A DNA stretch of 64,000 bases from Bacteroidota bacterium. GTDB lineage: Bacteria; Bacteroidota; Rhodothermia; JANXDC01. A program made the translations under genes and the position numbers. The DNA lies in NCBI GenBank assembly GCA_025059945.1, contig JANXDC010000011.1:16673-80672 (forward strand). The letters are read 5' to 3'. Below the pieces are notes generated by a model, which saw only the letters and a list, made by a program, of their open reading frames with translations, searched no databases and was not told the origin of the DNA. Each line of letters begins with the position of its first letter. The stretch's first letter is position 1. This document shows, piece after piece, positions 61,266 through 64,000 of the stretch.

Positions 61266-61266
61266 T

Positions 61267-61767
61267 TTATCGAATCGGACCGATATAGCGCGCCCCGCGG
61301 CGAAACCCTTCTAGGGCGTCTTGGGGCAGGACCTCGGCCAGAAAAACCGGATACACCGTGCGGGTACTGAGCTCCCGCAGCGGCACCCAGGCCACTTGAC
61401 GGATCATCTGCTCTGAGCCCAGCTCCGGATCCGTTCCCGTGCGCAGAACACCCCCGGTGACTTTGGCCAAAAAATACAGCTCCACGGCGTGCAGCGCCTC
61501 GCGCACGAAATCCGATACGTACACCAAAGGCCCCATCGCCACCTCAAGGCCCGTCTCCTCGCGCACCTCGCGCTGAAGGGCCTCCGGCAGGGTCTCGCCG
61601 AACTGCACCCCTCCGCCGGGCGGAATCCAGTACGTGGAGCCGGGATCCCGGAAGCTGCGGTGCTCTACGAGCAGCACCATTTCCTCCTGCAGGATCAGGG
61701 CGTTGACGCGCACCCGCGTGCGCCCCGCGTAGGCCTGATAGGCCGAGGCCCAAAAAGACGCACTCAC
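61267..61767 (-). CDS. NUDIX hydrolase
   Basis: 166 aa. Complete Nudix box [24 protein letters not shown]. The GTG start forms a GTGA overlap with the pyrG stop. Confidence 0.88.
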   Translation of the reverse strand: MSASFWASAYQAYAGRTRVRVNALILQEEMVLLVEHRSFRDPGSTYWIPPGGGVQFGETLPEALQREVREETGLEVAMGPLVYVSDFVREALHAVELYFLAKVTGGVLRTGTDPELGSEQMIRQVAWVPLRELSTRTVYPVFLAEVLPQDALEGFRRGARYIGPIR

Positions 61768-63416
61768 GGCCGCCCCACGGCCTCTTGAGTCGGTTCCAGA
61801 AGCCCATTAGCCTGCGCGTAACGCAGCGCCGCTTCCACGAAAGAGACGAAAAGCGGATGAGGCCTTTCGACAGTGCTCTTGAGCTCAGGGTGAAATTGAC
61901 AGCCTAAAAACCAGGGATGATCGGGCAACTCTATGATCTCGACCAGGTCTCGGCCCGGATGGATTCCGCTAAAGACAAGCCCATGAGCCTCGAGGAGTTC
62001 CCGGTAAGCGTTGTTGAATTCATATCGATGTCGATGGCGTTCGTAGATGCGATCTTGCCCGTCGTAAGCCCGATGGGCCAGCGTGCCGGCTTTGAGTTCG
62101 CACAAGTAAGCCCCAAGCCGCATCGTGCCCCCTTTTTGACGCACCCGCCGCTGCTCAGGCAGCAGGTCGATGACCGGATGTGGGGTATGCCGGTCGAACT
62201 CCGTGCTGTTGGCCCCCTTTAGGCCGCAGACGTTTCGGGCGAACTCGATTACGGCGCATTGCATGCCCAGGCAGATCCCGAAAAGGGGGATGCGCCTTTC
62301 CCTGGCCAGCTGGATGGCGGTGATTTTGCCCTCGATACCCCGTTGCCCGAAGCCAGGGGCGATCAGCATACCGGCCACGCCTTCTAAGAGCTCTTCTGCG
62401 TTATCCGCGTTCAGGTACTCCGATTGCACCCAACGAATGTGCACCTCTACCCCGTGCACTACACCGGCGTGTACGAAAGCCTCCGTGATGCTCTTATAAG
62501 CATCCCGGTGCTCGACGTATTTGCCCACGAGCGCAATCGGAATGCGCCCTTGCGGATGCTGCAGGCGCTCCAGAAAGGCGACCCATTGCGTTAGGTTCGA
62601 TTCTCGGATCGGCACCCCAAGCTTCTCGAGCACGATCTGATCTAGGCCCTCAGCCTGCATCATGAGGGGCACTTCGTAGATCGAGGGCGCATCCAGGGCC
62701 GCGATGACGGCCCGCTCCTCTACGTTGCAGAAAAGCGCGATTTTGCGTCGGATGGCGCTATCCAAAGGCACCTCGGTGCGGCAGACCAGGATGTCTGGCT
62801 GGATGCCGTTTTCCAGCAGCATCTTCACCGAATGCTGCGTGGGCTTGGTCTTGAGCTCTCCGGCCGCGCGCAGGTAGGGGATGAGCGTAAGGTGGATGAA
62901 GACCGTCTGCTGCGGTCCGAGCTCCAGGCGCAGCTGTCGGATGGCCTCCAGAAAAGGTTGGCTTTCGATGTCGCCAACCGTACCTCCGATCTCCGTGATC
63001 ACCACGTCGTATTGTCCCGTATCGCCCAGCCGGCGCGTCCAGGATTTGATTTCGTCTGTGATATGGGGTACGACCTGAACGGTTTTGCCCAAATACTCGC
63101 CAGCTCGCTCCTTCATGATCACGGAGTAGTAAATCCGACCTGTCGTGACATTGTTGGCTTGCGAGGTGGGAACGCCCAGAAAGCGTTCGTAATGCCCCAA
63201 GTCCAGGTCGGTCTCCGCCCCGTCGTCGGTCACGTAAACCTCCCCGTGCTCGTAGGGGTTCATCGTGCCAGGATCGACGTTGATGTAAGGGTCGAACTTC
63301 TGGATGGTGACGCGAAGGCCCCGAGAGGCGAGCAGTTTGCCTAAGGAGGCGCAGATAATGCCCTTGCCAAGCGAGGAGCTCACGCCTCCGGTCACAAATA
63401 CGTACTTGGCCGCCAT
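61764..63416 (-). CDS. pyrG: CTP synthase
   Basis: 550 aa. [21 protein letters not shown]-terminus and the glutaminase domain GICLGMQ. Confidence 0.96.
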   Translation of the reverse strand: MAAKYVFVTGGVSSSLGKGIICASLGKLLASRGLRVTIQKFDPYINVDPGTMNPYEHGEVYVTDDGAETDLDLGHYERFLGVPTSQANNVTTGRIYYSVIMKERAGEYLGKTVQVVPHITDEIKSWTRRLGDTGQYDVVITEIGGTVGDIESQPFLEAIRQLRLELGPQQTVFIHLTLIPYLRAAGELKTKPTQHSVKMLLENGIQPDILVCRTEVPLDSAIRRKIALFCNVEERAVIAALDAPSIYEVPLMMQAEGLDQIVLEKLGVPIRESNLTQWVAFLERLQHPQGRIPIALVGKYVEHRDAYKSITEAFVHAGVVHGVEVHIRWVQSEYLNADNAEELLEGVAGMLIAPGFGQRGIEGKITAIQLARERRIPLFGICLGMQCAVIEFARNVCGLKGANSTEFDRHTPHPVIDLLPEQRRVRQKGGTMRLGAYLCELKAGTLAHRAYDGQDRIYERHRHRYEFNNAYRELLEAHGLVFSGIHPGRDLVEIIELPDHPWFLGCQFHPELKSTVERPHPLFVSFVEAALRYAQANGLLEPTQEAVGRP

Positions 63417-63504
63417 CGGTAGAGATCCATATGGGGTTTAGGTTGGGGAGGTGACCGACGCCCCCTGAGGGACGGGTCCTACAAAGATAGAAGCCGATGC
63501 CCGC

Positions 63505-63533
63505 TTGACAAAAGGGAGCCCGAAGGCTAAAAC
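63505..63533 (+). promoter_or_regulatory. Candidate sigma70-type promoter for the cobalamin-riboswitch transcript
   Basis: TTGACA-17 nt-TAAAAC, about 60 nt upstream of the riboswitch P1 helix. Confidence 0.45.
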
Positions 63534-63595
63534 CTGCCCTTTGCATGCCGACTTCCCGACGTTGTATCTTAGGTCTGCGTTCTTTGTACGGCCTT

Positions 63596-63803
63596 GCGCG
63601 GCCGGTTCCGCCTTGGGGCGGATGAAAAGGGAATCCGGTGAAAATCCGGAGCTGTCCCCGCAACTGTGAGCCACGCTCGGGATCCAAGGCCCGAGATCGA
63701 CGCGCCGGAAAGTCACTGGTTGGATGGGTCCTCGGGGCTGTCGAACTGGGAAGGCTTTCCGCTAGCAGGCGCTGTGGCGAGCCAGGAGACCTGCCGGCCG
63801 CGC
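63596..63803 (+). promoter_or_regulatory. Cobalamin (B12) riboswitch
   Basis: Conserved core AAGGGAATCCGGTGAAAATCCGGAGCTGTCCCCGCAACTGT, GTCACTGG, and the B12-box end GCCAGGAGACCTGCC. Closing P1 helix GCGCGGCCGG (63596-63605) / CCGGCCGCGC (63794-63803). Confidence 0.9.
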
Positions 63804-63896
63804 GTTAGCTGCCGACCTTCGGGGGTTGAGGTCCGGTGGCGACGCGGATGCCTTTCACGTAGGGGTAGTACATACCTCGTATAGGCCTTTCGTCGA

Positions 63897-63940
63897 CCCC
63901 GGACCTCGGAACGTGGCGTTCTAAGGTTCGGGGTTTTTTT
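63897..63940 (+). terminator. Intrinsic terminator serving as the riboswitch expression platform
   Basis: CCCCGGACCT / AGGTTCGGGG (10 bp, one G-U pair) followed by TTTTTTT. The upstream GAGGTCCGG (63828-63836) can pair with the 5' arm as an alternative structure. Confidence 0.75.
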
Positions 63941-64000
63941 ATGCTGCTTTTCGTGTTGATCCCGCTTGCTCTTCAGGAGCCTTCTAGGGACTCATCTGCT
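63941..64000 (+). CDS. 5' end of a riboswitch-controlled gene (truncated by the window; possibly a B12 receptor or transporter)
   Basis: The ATG lies immediately after the terminator U-tract. MLLFVLIPLALQ... looks like a signal peptide. Only 20 codons are visible. Confidence 0.35.
   Translation, partial: MLLFVLIPLALQEPSRDSSA

Noticed and set aside
62758-63884. ORFs 62758-63687 (-), 63438-63716 (-) and 63666-63884 (+)
   Set aside because: The first is an alternative frame of pyrG extended into the spacer. The other two lie across the cobalamin riboswitch, whose conserved RNA motifs explain the sequence better.
1-64000. Search by eye for CRISPR arrays, IS elements, integrases, phage genes, toxin-antitoxin pairs or recognisable defence systems
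   Set aside because: No direct-repeat/spacer arrays, transposase or integrase motifs, or flanking inverted repeats were seen. Every long ORF is accounted for by housekeeping, transport or peptidase genes. tRNA-Gln has no adjacent integrase or island-like insertion.

Overview
GC-rich bacterial chromosomal segment with about 51 protein-coding genes, one tRNA (Gln-UUG) and one cobalamin riboswitch. I saw no rRNA, CRISPR array, transposase, integrase or prophage genes. A type-A T9SS C-terminal sorting domain, a CarboxypepD_reg-type TonB-dependent receptor and an argF'-type carbamoyltransferase point to a Bacteroidota/Rhodothermota-like organism; this lineage call is inference. The genome nevertheless shows clear Shine-Dalgarno sites and TTGACA-type promoters. 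Genes are tightly packed, with many ATGA/TGATG stop-start overlaps and several convergent 3' overlaps. Content in order: PAS histidine kinase; a six-gene minus-strand operon (CoA-transferase, TRAP dctQ, TRAP dctM, NRAMP-fold protein, hyuA, hyuB) with a divergent TRAP binding protein; 7Fe ferredoxin; PAP2-like, nnr and vanZ; tonB; M42 peptidase; FAH, an orphan 691-aa secreted protein and DUF4177; S9 peptidase plus two tandem COG1228-like amidohydrolases; pyrR; SNF transporter; cyclase; Bor-like lipoprotein; M4 protease with T9SS domain; icmF; smc; purM; hutH and a TonB-dependent receptor; NlpC/P60; tRNA-Gln; prs, rplY and pth; hppA; a minus-strand arginine operon (argG, unknown P-loop gene, argC, argD, argF', argB); M20 peptidase; EamA transporter; orphan response regulator; GT4 glycosyltransferase; NUDIX; pyrG; cobalamin riboswitch. 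Most interesting observations: (1) an Arg-codon-rich 33-codon leader ORF with mutually exclusive antiterminator and terminator hairpins just upstream of argG, which looks like ribosome-mediated attenuation of an arginine operon; (2) an uncharacterised SIMIBI/dethiobiotin-synthetase-like P-loop gene translationally embedded in that operon, which has no argA/argJ in the window; (3) an NRAMP-fold protein that has lost all canonical metal ligands and is translationally coupled to a HyuA/HyuB pair; (4) a tandem amidohydrolase pair in which the second paralog has lost every metal-ligand motif. All functional calls come from motif and family recognition by eye. No database search was run.
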